DNA of 63,496 bases, counting the filler, from Hyphochytrium catenoides (Eukaryota > Protista > Hyphochytriomycota), in the NCBI GenBank assembly GCA_900088475.1. It is 11 parts of 11 records of this genome, joined end to end, with 100 filler letters (N's around TTAATTAATTAA, not from the genome) between each part and the next. Parts side by side here need not be neighbours in the genome. Positions count along the whole stretch, not along the records: positions 1 to 14,350 come from FLMG01003977.1; 10 more parts are not named here. One strand, 5' to 3'. A program made the translations under genes and the position numbers. Shown here piece by piece: positions 1 through 13,684 of this stretch; the stretch's first letter is position 1, and every line of letters begins with the position of its first letter. The notes beneath the pieces are model-generated. The model saw only the letters and a program-made list of their open reading frames with translations. It was not told the origin of the DNA and did no database searches.

Positions 1-293
1 CCTTCTAGGCTTCCACTCTCACTACTGCTATCGTTATCGCTCTCCGAGTTATCGGCAAAGTGCTCTCCCTTTCTACCTCCTTTCTTTTCTGTAATACCTC
101 TGTCTCCTTCCTCATGGCCTCGCCGATTCTCCTACCCCCCTCTCCCTACCCGTCTTATCATGATCATCTGACTGTGTGTGTTTAACTTCTCTCAGACTGG
201 ATTCTTAGCGTCACTCTCTCCTGTAATGCTACATAATGCCAAATGAGTGCCTGTCTGGGACACGCTACTAACCTGCGTAAGCACTTATTGTAG

Positions 294-2158
294 GCTTCAA
301 GAGAGTCTCAAACTAAGCGAGATTCCTGGGTTTGATTACCAGTGGATGGCTGGTGCTGAACCGATGCATACAATCCACGGTCGCTCCAAGAACTTTGTCG
401 ACCTCATGATAGGGTTCAGAAGGTTTCGAGACACTAGGGATCTTGAAAGTTGCCGCTTCCGGGACGATCATGGGTACAAATTTCAAGTCACTCCCGCATG
501 CCTGGGCCGGATGCAAGAAGAACTGCGGAGCTGGAAAGCTCCCCCTGAGGCTAGCTCGACCAAACTTAGGGAGATCCTCAATGATACTCGTCAGCGTCAG
601 AAAAAGAAGGGGAAAGCAAGAGGGACCATTCGCTTCTCGGATCACTTGCGGTTCATGAGGCTCTATGCAAAGGAAGTTTTCAAATATCCCCGCTCTCAAG
701 GAGGGCTTGACCCTGCTTATCGCATCCTTTGGTACCGCTTTGTACGTAGATGTTGTCCAAGGAATGACGAAGGTTGCAATATCCCTAAGCGAGGCGAGGG
801 AACTGAAACTAGAAACTTGGAAGCTTCTAAGGGACATGGAACAGATGCTACCCATGAGTGAGCTCACAATTCTGAACCATAAGATGGGGCACATACCTGA
901 ACAGATGGAGATGTTGGGCCCAATCTGGATACTTGGTAAGCCTCACTGTTGTTCATTTTCTACTCATCTTCCTTGAGTTCATACACACAAGGGGTCCTTG
1001 CCGTTTCTAACCCTTTTCCACTTCCTTAGCCCTCCTACTTCGCGCTTGACACTGATAATCTTAACGCTCTATTTAATATGCTCCTCTCTAACATTCACCT
1101 TTATGTGAAGGCATTTTTCTTTTATATGCGACAACCGTTTTGCCTCTTCGTAGCCGCTCATTACGTCCTCTCCCTTCGATGGTCAGGCTCTACCCATACG
1201 AGAGACATAACGGACGGCTAAGAGGCCTGATCAACAGCAAGAAGGCTCCTGACATGGACCTTATGGGAAGCATGGTGATGCAATATAATGCCTTCGCTCT
1301 CTTGGAGTCACATGCTGCGAACTGCGAAAATTGCGCCTCCAAATGGCAAGTTGCTGGCATCATTGGTAGCCAAGACCTTGAACGAGCGCAATATCCATTG
1401 AATTACGTCCAACCGGAAGGTAGGTCTGATCCCTGCTGGGAGCTGGACGCTCGAGAGGCGAAGTGGCTCTGCAAGGCTCTCTACATGTGGCATCGTCCCT
1501 TCTACAACCTTGGAATAGGTTCGTTAGGGAACATAAGATGAACTCTCGGTACACGCCGCTACTCAGAGACCGGGAAGAGGTAACAGAGCTGATGCGAAGG
1601 CAGCAAGTACTCGGATTTGGAAAGTGGGGTGGGCTTTTCAAGCCGGAGTGGTTTCATGATTTCACTGCTGTTCGCTGGCAACCCTCTCGTCCTCCGCTTT
1701 CCATAGCTGAGGACCTACTGCGAGAGGGACCTGCTAGATGGTCTAGGGAGGGTTTGCTTCAGAAGCACTTCAAAATCAGGCTGAGGGGTTTGCTGTACAG
1801 GTCGATAGCCCAGGACCACGGTAAAGTATGCTAGGCTAGCTGGCTATGCACGGAGCAGGAAATGCTCTTGATCGGCGCTACGAGTTCTTTGCGGGACAGG
1901 TAAAGCACCTACTAGTGTTAAACCTACCACAAGAAAGAGAAGCTGAACTTCGTGGCGTGTGATTGGTACGGCGTGAAGAGGGACCAAAGACTGCCCGACC
2001 TTTACAGAACAACGGGAATGATGCCACTGGCGGGTTATCAAGGCGAGCTGGAGTCCACAAAGTCTATCTCTCCGGTGCGGCTTATAGCATCCCTTAGGCA
2101 GGGGGCCACGCGTTACCAGATTATTCGCTATGAAAGGGGGCTGGAGAATCCGATTTGA
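294..2158 (+). mobile_element. CACTA/EnSpm (CMC) transposase relic, frameshifted, with an intron at about 936-1186
   Basis: Motifs in order across shifting frames: EPMHTIHG (xxMH motif); MEQMLPMSELTILNHKMGHIPEQMEMLGPIW / LYPYERHNGRLRGLINSKKAP (DUF4218-like H..H..Q...GP...YP.ER..G.L); GQVKHLL...VACDWYG (DUF4216-like). GTAAG donor at 936 and CAG acceptor ending 1186. Stops and frameshifts make it non-functional. Confidence 0.7.
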
Positions 2159-2665
2159 TGATGGCGAGCTCTCCTTTGAATAAAGTGCATTATATGTGGC
2201 GGCTATGGTAAGGGAAGAGAAGGAGGAATGAGCGAAAGCTCTAACAAGATAACGCATGACATAAGGTTATAGGGGAGAGTTGACAATGACAATACTAATA
2301 GCATGCAAAATGGGAACTCATTCATCTTCAATGTTATATTGGTTGATGGGTGTTTGACCAAAGCGGACTGCTATAATATCAAAGGTCTGGGGAACCCCCG
2401 TCTCCTTACAGATTGTCCGGAACTGCCAAGTCCTGAACAAAAAGGCAGAGGATGCTTAATGATGGAAGAAGGTGAACAGCTGCTTACACTACGATGACTC
2501 AGACTCAACCAACGATGAGTCATGAGATGGCCCCATCCGAGTCACTCAGCCTCTCCAAATCCTTGACGGGAGGTGCCTGACCCTGGAGACAGAGGCAAAC
2601 TGTGAGCTCATTCATGGGTAGCATCTGTTCCATGTCTCTTAGAAGCTTCCAAGTTTCTAGTTTCA
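804..2665. repeat. 65-bp inverted repeat pair (804-868 and 2601-2665)
   Basis: tgaaactagaaacttggaagcttctaag(g/a)gacatggaacagatgctacccatga(g/a)tgagctcaca on opposite strands, 2 mismatches. Both copies translate as KLETWKLLRDMEQMLPM(S/N)ELT. Confidence 0.9.
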
Positions 2666-5600
2666 CTTCCCCCGACAGTCGTTCCTCACAGATGCTACCC
2701 ACCAGTGAGCGACTTGGGACGGTGGTTAATGGACGAAGGAGAAGCACTTGCACTACGATGAAATCAAATTCATAGAACGCAACCAAAGAACGAGTCATGA
2801 GATCGCTCCACCTTCCCAAGTCGCTCACTGGGGTTGGCATGACCAACCAAGAGATTCAGAGCATACAATACGACTCTTGCCCACCCCAACCTTCTTTTTA
2901 GAAAGTCGTGATATATAAGCAACCGCTAAGTAGCAGAGCATAATAAGCTGGGCGATTGATCACGAGCCCTCCTCATCACCTTAGGTATCCACTTGTTTGT
3001 CCTAGCTTCCTGCAGTGTATTTGCTATCCTAGGTCCTGGGAGTATGACTGTGTATGGATGTAAAACGTCAATCTTATGGGAAGAGATGTCCAAAAGTTAT
3101 GTCCGTCAATAACATTTACATCCTGATCAGCAGTAGTTCTACCGTCTGCGGAACGAAGGCGTTTGAGACGGTCCTGTAGCTCTCCGTCCTGCTACAGAAG
3201 AAGCTGCAAAGACGAAGACATGGCCAAGCCCGTCATCATAGGCAGGAGGATGTGACGAGGACAAGAAGGAGAATCTTGGCACTCTCGTCATCCTCACATC
3301 TTCAGAAACGAGGAAGAGAATCTTCAAGGAACAAAGACGGTATCAAAGGCACCTCTAAAGAGTAGAAGAATGGTAGAAGGCGTAAGGAGTGAGGTGCTGG
3401 AGAGCTCAACAGAGAGAGAGAGAGCCCTCCTCGGCGTGCTCAGTCGTTATCTGCTACTAGGCAGGACGGGGCAAAGACCATGTAGTTCTCTCGTGTGAAG
3501 AAGCGAGAAGACGCAAGGAGCTGCCCGCTGCTCGTATGCAGAGCTCAATCAGAAAGCCACTAAGTAGATGATTCTCTTGAGCTGGTATTGCCGTCCTACA
3601 GAGGACCAACTATCAGTAGCTATTTATCCTTTAAAGAGAGACAAGCTCCCCAACAACCAGGCCGCTCAGGGTCACTGAGAGAGTGAGGACCTAACATACT
3701 CAGACAGATCCATTATTATCTACTAGTTCTACAAGGGAAGATTGTTGAGAGTCAAGTTCCCGAACATACACTTAGCTACAACCTAGGAGGAGTGCTGCGG
3801 GCTCCCAATCATTCACTCCCTACGCGCGAAAAACTTTGACAGCACCGCAGGAGTCTGGACACGGTGTACATTGTCAAGGAGAGGGAGACCAATGCTTGCT
3901 GCGCTAGCGTACCTAGCCCGACCTCAACACCATGCGGCGGCCTCCAGGCTAGCCGTGAGGAGTGGGGGAGGAAGTAGTCCGTATGAGGGAAGAAATGAAA
4001 CAAGAGAAGAAGAAGGGTATCCTGCCGTTTATCTAGCAAGAGAACCTTGTGGAACTGATTATTATCCTGTTGATGAGCTGGACCTCGTGACCCTCCTCAG
4101 GACCCACGATAGTAGTACGGCGACAAGGACGAAGAAGAAAAGTGGCACCTCTACTTTCTGCCACCAGGTCAGCCTATCCCAGGGATATAGCAGTAATGGC
4201 ATCAGTACTGCTAGATGCGATGCGATGCAAGTCACTGGACAGTTTAGCAGGCGAAGCGAAGGCCTCAAGCAAGACTACACCAGAACCTCAAGCACAACGT
4301 TATCTGACAGCGATGAGGCATTAGAGAAGCGTCAACAAAGTCTGACAAAGACAACTCTAGCGAATGCTACGACGGAAGTAGACCATCAGGCTTCTTACGT
4401 GCAAGACTTTCAGCAGCTTGCCGCAAAACGACGGTGCATTCAACTAGAGCGCCGACTTACACGGCGAGACAACTACGCCTTGGAAAAGCACCGCCAGAAG
4501 ATGCATGACGCCAACTACCCGCCAAGTATCGGTCCCGCCTGGCAAAAGCCCTCATGTCCTCCATCGTCCCTGGAGGATCTTAGTGAGGATAGAGTCTTAG
4601 CTTTTAGTGGGCTTGAGCTAAGACTCGATCCCTCGGAGGAGGAGAGCCATCGACTTACTGCGCTCTGGTTTGCCAAAGAAAGGAGAAGAAAACAAACGGT
4701 TAGATCATCTTCTTCAGTAAGAAAGAGCAGCAACAGCTGGGCCCGATCAACATCCTTTATTCTCAAGTGACTGTTGTTACTATAAGAGAAGACATACCTG
4801 TTGCCTTTCATTTATGTCAAGGGATATGTCTTGGCCATTTTGCAGCTAATATAGTGTATAGCTCTGATACAATCGTTTAGCACCTCCTTGACACCTATCG
4901 ACAGGAGGAAGCATCATCCAGCTACATCGCTAGGTCATCAACGATCCAAGATGGTCTGGATTTTCTAAGCCAAGCCCGTTAAGTTAGTGGCCATATGGTG
5001 GTTAAAGGAGGAGGACATCTCCCGCCTTCAAGACGTTTCTCTTATCTAACAACAGCGGTGTAAGCGATGATTTTGCCCTTTGTTAGCTAAATGGAGGATC
5101 CTCCTCCTTTTGGTTGATTAGTTTGTTTCGCTCTTGCGCTGCTGATTCTTGGTATAATTACTGATGAGGATGATAAGCATGTAAATGCAGCAAAGAGTTA
5201 GGACCTGGAGAAGAAAGTAAGATGAATCAAGAGGCATCGGGAGTTCTCGCCCTCTCTACGAGTTCCGCTGACCGTCAGTCTTCGACCAGCGGAGCCAGTA
5301 GATGTTGCGCCGAGGAGGATTCTAACTGCTATCTACTTGCTATCTCACATCATGGGAACCAGGAAGTAAGAAGAAGGACGGGAGCGGTGGTGGTAAGTTT
5401 TTGAAAGAGAAGAAGAAAGAAGAATACGAAGAAGTAGTAACCCTTGCTTCCTTGCGTCAGGTCTATTCTTCTAATGGTTAGAAAGATGGGAGGCACCTAA
5501 TTTTGTGGGGATGGAGAAGAATAGAAGAGGCGGATAGTAGTGGAAGCTTAAAGAAGACTGATTTCTTCTTGCTGCCGCCTTCCTTCTCCCATTTCCGCGA

Positions 5601-5965
5601 CTGCTGCGCCAGTGGTGGTGTATGTGGACATTTTCACTTATTGTAAGTAAGCTTATCATCGCTACGCACATTCCATCATCCAATCGCGTCCGATCTCGCT
5701 TCGGATAAGTGGAAAGGCTGGCAAGAGAGGGAAGCAAGTCTTCGCTCGCTTCCTCAGTCCTTTTCTTCTTCTCCTCTCGCGCAGACTAATTGGCACTAAG
5801 AGAATGGTGTAGAGCTCCAACCTATGACATAGCGACTAGGTTGAGGTCGAAAAGGAGTTCTCCACGTACCAACAAGGACATAGTTGCGGGGCGATACAGA
5901 TGAAAGAGAATGAAAAAGGTGAACGTAGATAATCAAGGAGAACAAAAGGAAGAAAAGGCTGAAGG

Positions 5966-6620
5966 TTGGAGGCTCTAGTTTGGAACCAGGCTATATATCT
6001 GGACGCATGCCGGCGACGAAGGGGAGAGAGGCCAGTGTATAAACTCCCCACTTGGAAAGAACAGTACCTCCTAAAGATGGGACAACTCTACCAGTACCAG
6101 GTGTTACCTTTCGGATGGAATCGGGGTCCGGAGATGTTCTGCCGGTGAATGGAAGGTACTGTCCAGGGCACTTGCGACGAAGAGCCCACAGGTTTTCAAT
6201 TGAGTGGGCGACTGGGCACTGGTAGCGGACGAGACAGGGATCTAACAGGCCGAGCATGCGTGGAGAGGCTTATGCACCTGCCGGAGTTGTACGTCGCCCA
6301 GAGAAGGGGCAATGGGGAGCCAAGCCGTCGCTTACATCTCCTGGGGTTCACCAGAGACTTGAAGGAAGGGAGATTGGAGGTAGAGGAGAAGATGTGGGCA
6401 AAACTAGACGGGATGACGAGAGACAGGAGGAGGGAAATGCAGAGAACACGAGGGTTGGTAAAGGAGCGCAATCTAGGGTCTTGGATCGGCGTGATCTGCA
6501 GCCTACGATAGGCCAAGCTCGCAAGCGCCACGTTACTAGGCCCCTTTTACATCGTCTTAGGTCAAAGAATGGCTTGGCAAGACAGCGTTACGGCTCGGTG
6601 GCAGGATGGAGAAGGTGAGC
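5966..6620 (+). pseudogene. Degenerate reverse transcriptase of a DIRS/Ngaro-like retroelement
   Basis: YQYQVLPFGWNRGPEMFCR (RT LPFG..P..F motif), LHLLGFTRDLKEGRLEVEEKMWAKL (FLG..D motif) and LGSWIGVICSL thumb-like segment. In-frame stops are present and no YxDD motif is visible. Confidence 0.7.
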
Positions 6621-7506
6621 AGCACATTGGTCAGGAAACTGCAATGTCAACGAACTACCCGACACGGAAGTGTGGCCAAAGGAGGTGCGACACGTGATGA
6701 TAATGGTCATTAAATGCTGATGCACTCTGATATGTTTGCGACCATAGGCAGAGCCCAAGCGGACGAAGGCAACGGACGCACATTAACCAGAAGACAGACC
6801 TCGAAAAAACAGATCTGCATCCTCATCATCAATGCAAGATCGACCTCTTTGCCTCGGCGGTCAGCAACAAGTCCCCATCATCTTGCGCTAAGCTGAATGT
6901 CTGCTGTGCTCTTCTGATGGAGATTGCCCGTTAGCGGGAGACGAAAGGCTTGGCGTTACCAGCAATCCAGCAAGCGGAAAGTGCGACGTGCAGCTGAGAT
7001 GTGGAAGATGTGCGGAAGGTGAGAGATGTGATGGATGATGATGGCAGCCCAAGTCACGCAGCAAGCAGAACAGGAAGGCTCCAACCTCTACTGACACAAA
7101 GCAAAAGTGAAGAGAGAAGTGAAGGAGGTAGAGGGCAGCAGGTGATTGATCAAGGTGATTAAAGGAGACAAGGCAGGAGCGGGAGACGCAGACTGAAAAG
7201 AGAACTGATCAAGGCACGGACATGAATCCTTTGCCGAGGACCTGAAGATTGAAGGTGAAGATCGTGGAACTCCTATGACTTAGCGTCGTACAACCGGTGG
7301 CCCATCAGCGCCTCCGTCACTGGATGCAGAGGACTTCCTTCCTCGGTTTCCGTACAACGGGACTTCCAGCTGCCAGCAGCACAATAAACCCTGAGATTCG
7401 TAGCTCTGCCCGTATCGTCGCCCTATTCTCCTTCATGCCCAGCGAAGAGACATAGGCTAAAGAAAGGGCAGTGCACGTTTTGGCGCTGCTGCTCATCATC
7501 AACAGA

Positions 7507-8355
7507 ATGGCAGCAGTAATCCACCTCTATACAAGCAAGAGACTGACGGCGAAACTGGCCCAGGCTACCGAGACTCCCGAAAGCACCACTGCGGTGACAA
7601 GTCTGATCATGGGCCCAAATCAGAGACGACGACGCCGCAGTCCATCATCTCTCCTAAACAACCTGCCGGTGGCTATACGGCATACGGCTTCCCCATCAAA
7701 ACGTCCCGCGACGGGCTCTGGAAGCTACTCGCCAACAAATAGCAACGAAGTACCGCAGAACGGAAGAAGGAAAGAGCGGTTGGAAGTGGAAGATGACGAC
7801 TGGTTTCTCGACCCTATCACTTACGAGGTTATGATAGATCCTGTCAAGTGCAACGATGGATACACCTACAACCGCTGGACTATTGTCGACAATCGGCTCT
7901 CTGTTAGTCCCTTCACGAAGCAGGATCCCCTACTTATACTCTGCGATGACATCTCTGTCCGCGGGCGGCTCTTTCGCAGATTTCCAGGCCAAGAGAAGCA
8001 TTACAGAGAACGCAGGATCGACTATAGAAACGAGGGAATCAAGGCATACAAGGCAGGTCACCTTACGCACACCACGCTCTATCGGCTTCAGAATATCCTG
8101 CTTTACGCTCCGCAAGACGAATTCTGCCGGGAAGCGGCTAAGCAGTTAGAAGAAAAGTTGTCGGGAGACAGCAGAGATAGAGTGCACGACGCAGGGAGGA
8201 GACAAGATGATCATCATCACGAAGAACGAGGAGTCACGGCAGATGAAGGAGGACCCGTTGTGCCTCAGACTGCAAGCACTCTGCAGTCCATTTTTCTGGA
8301 TCAGGTATTGGCATATGCTCCTGGGAGGTTCAACTTCAGCCTTGGATTGCCGTGA
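7507..8355 (+). CDS. Intronless U-box E3 ubiquitin ligase-like protein with a TPR-like helix pair
   Basis: U-box signature DWFLDPITYEVMIDPVKCNDGYTYNRWTI...SPFTKQ, followed by YRNEGIKAYKAGH...LQNILLYAPQD (TPR-like). First ATG at 7507. Confidence 0.75.
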   Translation: MAAVIHLYTSKRLTAKLAQATETPESTTAVTSLIMGPNQRRRRRSPSSLLNNLPVAIRHTASPSKRPATGSGSYSPTNSNEVPQNGRRKERLEVEDDDWFLDPITYEVMIDPVKCNDGYTYNRWTIVDNRLSVSPFTKQDPLLILCDDISVRGRLFRRFPGQEKHYRERRIDYRNEGIKAYKAGHLTHTTLYRLQNILLYAPQDEFCREAAKQLEEKLSGDSRDRVHDAGRRQDDHHHEERGVTADEGGPVVPQTASTLQSIFLDQVLAYAPGRFNFSLGLP

Positions 8356-11300
8356 TGGCAGCAGGACACCTCATCGCCTGTACATCTGATGTAGTCGCCC
8401 GCAGGGCTACTGATCCGAGAAGATCTCATCATCCAGAGAGCCCATCTTGTCCACCTCGCTTATTTGTGATTCAGGCTCTAGTTCTATCTACGTCTGATAT
8501 GGTCGTCTCTTCTAACTACAAAGTTCCATGACGACGAGCTACTGTCTGGACAACAGGAGCTATGCGTAGGCCGGCCAACAAGGGAATGGAAATACCTGTG
8601 GAATCAGCTATTGGACACTCCTTTCATCGCTAAGACTGTTAGCCAGGGAGAGGCATCTGTGTGGGTCGCCTAGCGGTTTCGATACTTATGTGTCACAGGT
8701 CCATCTTACATCTGCGGTGCTGGTAGAGGTCCGACGCTCTCTCCTGTTATAGAACAATGACCACCTACCGTGTGACGAGCTGGCCACCCCGCACCACGCC
8801 ACTTGACAGACATAGCCATAGCCGACCCTCCGACCAAGGAGCGGCGCACTGCTGCTGCTAACTAATAAAGAAAGATACTAGCTGTTCACTTTTATATATT
8901 AACCCAAAGGACATCCTGCGCGAGAGACATCATCAGAACTCTGCCGCCACATTGCCCTCCTTTGGACCGGAGACCCGAGATTAACAGTCCTTAACAAGTG
9001 TGGATCCTATATAATCATGAGGCTTCCCGAGGATAAACGCCAGGGTACCGAAAACGAGACAATGAAACGCCGTTGTTAGGTTGGGGGGACATCCTGTCTG
9101 TTGTCCCATCCTCTTCATCTCACGGATGACTCTCCTCCTCCTCCTCCTTCCTCCTCCTCCGCCTGCTGCTGCTGTTGGTCCGCGTACCGCTCCGGCATCG
9201 CGCTCTATTCTCTTTCCTTTTCCTGGTTTTCCCCCTCTCCCTCTCTCTCTCTCTCACTCTCTCTCTCTCTCATTCCCTTTCTCTGTCTCTCTCTTTCTCT
9301 CCCACTCTCTCTTTCCACCCCGCTCCTACTCCCTCCTTTTAGGTTGCTCCCCTAATCTCCTCGTCCCTCGACAACAGCTGTTGCTGCTAGCCCTCTCTTC
9401 TTTTCTCTGCCTCTTGAAGGCTTCATCTTTTCTAAGAGCTTACTGCTTGCGGCTCCATAATAGCCGTAGTTGCTGCTGTCCTAGCTGCTGATTACTTGCT
9501 TCTTCTTCTCTCTCCTCTCCTCCGCCCGCTCTCCCGCCCAGCCGCCCCTCCGCAAGGTCTGCTCTCTCTCGGGAAGACGTCTGTCTCTCTCCTTTCTTCA
9601 AGTTATAACATTACTCTGCTAAATGATTGTCGCTTTCGGGCGCCCATCCAGTAGGTCTTAACTCTCGCCTGTTAGCAAGAAGGACTTTTATCGTCGCCCG
9701 GATCTGGAGCATCACCCCACTCCCAGCGTCGTTCCTCTCCATGAGGCTTGCATTCAACCAAAAACTTTATCATCTCTTCTGATGTGGTCTTCACTGATGG
9801 TCCTGCCTCTCTAGAGGTGTTTGTTCGCCTTGTCCTAAAGAAGGTTGTTTATCGTCCTTCTGTTCTTCGTGTCTTTGCTCTTATTCCGGGGGTACCAGAG
9901 ACTGCTAAGAAGAAGGCGAAAGCAATGAAGGATGCTGAGGCACGACTCGGGGCTATGAAGCAGCCATCCACAGCAAATATAAGGGAGAGAAAGGAGAAGA
10001 AGCGTAGTTCTAAGAAGACTTCTTCCACCATCTCACCGGAGCTGGTCCGCGTTTTTCCGAAACTCTCAGAGGTAGAGGATCGACGAGGTGTGAAGTTCAT
10101 ATTGAGCCATCAGCGGACTCTCCTCCAGCATGACGTGCGAGAGCATAAGCAAGAAAAGACCAAGCCAGACGATAACCTAGCGGAAGGAGCCGAAGGGGCC
10201 GACAGCTCCGCACTCGACGGAGAAGTGACTGTCAGGGTTCGCGCTGCACCGCGTCAGCTGTACAAGCCTCCTACAGAACCCGATGACAAGAGGATCATGG
10301 TAACTGTCATGGCTAGTATAGTAACTTGTTCTTATTTCACCTCTTCGTCTTGACGCCATTTATTCCCCCTGCTCACATCATCCAGCGTCAGCTGCCATCA
10401 GTGGGAGGGCAAATTGTAGCACCTGGATGACTTTCCATTTCCCCTTCTCCCTCTCTCTCCTTTCCAGACAACCAGGGCTTTCCTTCAGAATGCAAAGCAA
10501 TCTCCATTCTGCCACTCCGGCGCTTTACCTATGGATCAGGTCCGGGAGAGTCTTGGTAAGTGTCTCTCATTTTGAGCCGACTTTAGGAGAGCTGGGGCTA
10601 ACCACGAGGGGCCAGTCAACAGGCGAATAGAACAGCGGCGGAGGTGCTTCTCGCTACCTTCCGCTCCTAGAAGGGCTTCTTCTTCGTCCTCCTCTCCCCA
10701 TCAGCAATGTGAGAGGGAACACCAAGGAGCCCATGAAGGGAGTGACGCCAGGACTGATGATGCAAGAGTAATCCGCAGAGAAGAAGGAGAGGAGGAATCG
10801 CTGAAAAGACGGGATAAAAAGGGCCAACAAATCCATCAACGAGACACCAGGTCAATCTCTTCCAAGAAGATGCAGAAGTCATGTATAATGAGAAACCATG
10901 ACGTCGAAGAACTGGTTAGTCCCCGGGCGCACCCTCTCGTTGCGCTCACTTCCAAACTTTTCTATGTGCTGTCTTTCTTGGCCCTTTAGCTAAGAGACTC
11001 CACTAATGCCACCTCTCTTGCCAGCGTACAGCTAAAGCCAATACCCTTGAGACGACAAGTTCGGAAAGAGAAGCCGGGCCATATGCACTACATGGTCAAC
11101 CTCTTTCACCGAAGGAGAAACTTTTCAAAGCTGGCATAAGTAGTTCTATGTTTGCCACATCATCAGCCTCAGAGATCGCAGCAGATCCTGATCCCGCCAG
11201 CAGAAGATCTGAAGAGAGCAGACCTTTACCTGCAGTTGTCACAGTTGGGAACATGGCCCAAACCGCGGCTGCCTACTCTCGCGCCTTAAAGCTGATGTTC

Positions 11301-13684
11301 GATGTACGTTCTGGCGTAAAGGAGGAACAGAGGGATCACAGATGCTGGAGGCAGACAGACATGGTAGACGAGAGCCCTGTGATTAGAAACAAAGGAACTG
11401 AGGACGGTTGGAACTACATCGCGGAAGGAAAGGAGAGAATGGAAGGCTACAGCTCCACGTAGCCTTCTTTCTTAATTTATTGATCTTAACCACTTCCTAG
11501 TTCGAAGTTCCACATCGAAGTTGGCAAAAGAGCATCTTTGGCTCATAAAGAAAGGCAGACAATGCACTAGTGTTGCGCTACGCCTTTTATGATGGAGCGA
11601 GTAGTAGTGCACGAGCGAAGAGAAGGGAAATAGCGAGGCCAGAGTAGACCAAATTGTAGACGTGTTGAGCTCTGTTGAAAGAGAGAGACACAGGACAAGG
11701 GAGTGGGAGCGAATCAAGGAGACCCTTATCGTCCTGAAAAGACGCCATCCCAATAGTCATAATTGTAGAGAGAGAAGAGCTCAAGAGCAGTACTATAACG
11801 CTCAAGTGTGACCCACAGGCTTACTACGGCCTGATTCTTTAGCTGACTGGTGTATCCTTCTTCATCTGCAACTGCAGAGCTTTCAGGATGATGTTCAGGA
11901 TAGCCTGAAAGGCAGAGGAGCTACGGTCCACCAAGCCAATCGACAGGAGGAGCGGCTTCTCAGAAAATATGCTAAGAGAAGGGCAGAGGGATGCATGAGT
12001 AAAGTAAATACATCTGGACTGAAGGAGCTATCAGTATGATTTGAGGAGTAAGCAACAGACATCAGTCCTGTGCCATTGCACCGGACGATAGAAGGATGGA
12101 GAGACATATACTTCTTCGGGATGAATAGTAATAGCTGCGGAAAAAGAGGGAAGTGGTACACAGGTCCTGCCAGACGCACCTGATATTCTCTATAAGCTGT
12201 CGACCGTACACTAGGAGAAGCGGATCGTCCCTTCGACCATGCACAACTTTGACGTTGAAAGTCTGGCCGCCATCAAGCGAAGGGGAGGGCCTTGCATCCA
12301 CCTGGCAGGGAGGGCGGCGCAGAGAGATTAGAGAAAGGGACTGCAGGAAGTAGAAGACAAGACACCCATGACAGTGACATAAGTAAGGACAACCACCGGG
12401 TCAGCTCCAAGAGAGTCGAATGCTAAGCTCACCATGGCACCCAGCTTATCCAATTGAGTCACCACTATGAAGAATCTATCTTGAAACTCAGTCATGATGA
12501 ACTCGGTCCGATGGCCGTTGATAATCTACGGCCGTCAAAGGCCACAAGGGAGATCAGAAGACATGACGGCGTTGGAAGGGAGTCAAAGAGGAAAATGACA
12601 AACCAAGACTCGACGGCAGACAAGCAAGTAGGAGACTCCCTTGCAAATACTGGTGGAGACAGAGATCGTAAACAATGGATAACGTAGTTAGCCTCGCCTT
12701 TGCGATAGCAACGAGGACTATGGGACACTAGAGAACAGTTGGGCGACTTACGGCGGCTGTTTGGAAGGGTTGTGGGCAGCTCATGGTGCCTTTGTCTTAG
12801 CTCGCTGTCTCAATGTGGCCAATATAGATCAACTGCATGCAATGTATACGTTCTCAACCACGCACGGATAACTGAAGACGCAAAGTAAGAAGCTTCCTTT
12901 CAAAACTTCAAAGAAGCTGGACAGAGTCCCGATGAGCGGGTCAGGGATGCAGTTCCCAGATGAGAAGCATAAATCTCCAAAATTGATGCAAAATTCTCTT
13001 CAATCTGTCAACTACGAGTGCAAAAAAGGAGTCAAAAGTGAGGTGTGTAACCTGGATTGCATGTTTTCCGAGATGCAAATAAGATGTGGTCAAACCCCTG
13101 TTTATTTCTTAGGAAAAGTGGTAGGAATGTTAGGATGCGACATCTCCCGAAAACGTGCAAAGCAGTTTGCATGTCATTTTGTGGAACACTTATTACTACA
13201 GTAATAGCGTAGAATTGCTTTGCGTCTTTGCTTTATTACTAAACCTATTTTTACAGAAGCCAGCTCTTTTCCTCTCCTCTCATCATTTTACTCGCGTCGT
13301 GGTGGTCCTGCTGGTGCTGCTGCTGGTGCTGCTTTGATGGAAACGTCAATTGGACCCTTTGTTGGTTGGGTTGCCTCCTGAGCGAAGGAGGAGGAGGATC
13401 ATCGCGGAAGAAAGGAACGAACAACGTCGGCCCAGCTGCATAGGCCACAAAGAGTAAGAAAGCTGCCTCCTCCGATGAGTAGAGTTCGGAGACAAGCGGC
13501 GTGGACGAGAACAATAATAGGTTCTTCTGCTACTAAAGAAGAAGAGGAGGAGACAGCAGCGAGCACTTTTTTCTTAGTAAAGGAGAAGAAGAAGAAGAGA
13601 GAGAGTACCTAGTAGCTACTTACTGAACAAAGAAGAAGAAGGTTAGGCGACGACGAGGTGCCAACACGAAGCATCATCAACAGG

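Noticed and set aside
3871-4770. 299-aa ORF
   Set aside because: Non-ATG start in the track, no recognisable motif, and surrounded by decayed elements.
8590-8700. IGHSFHR...GR resembling a DIRS tyrosine recombinase motif
   Set aside because: Too short, immediately followed by stops, with no other catalytic motif found.
9748-12400. Lys-rich ORF 9748-10353 and broken frames suggestive of a transposase
   Set aside because: No diagnostic DDE or hAT motifs could be identified.
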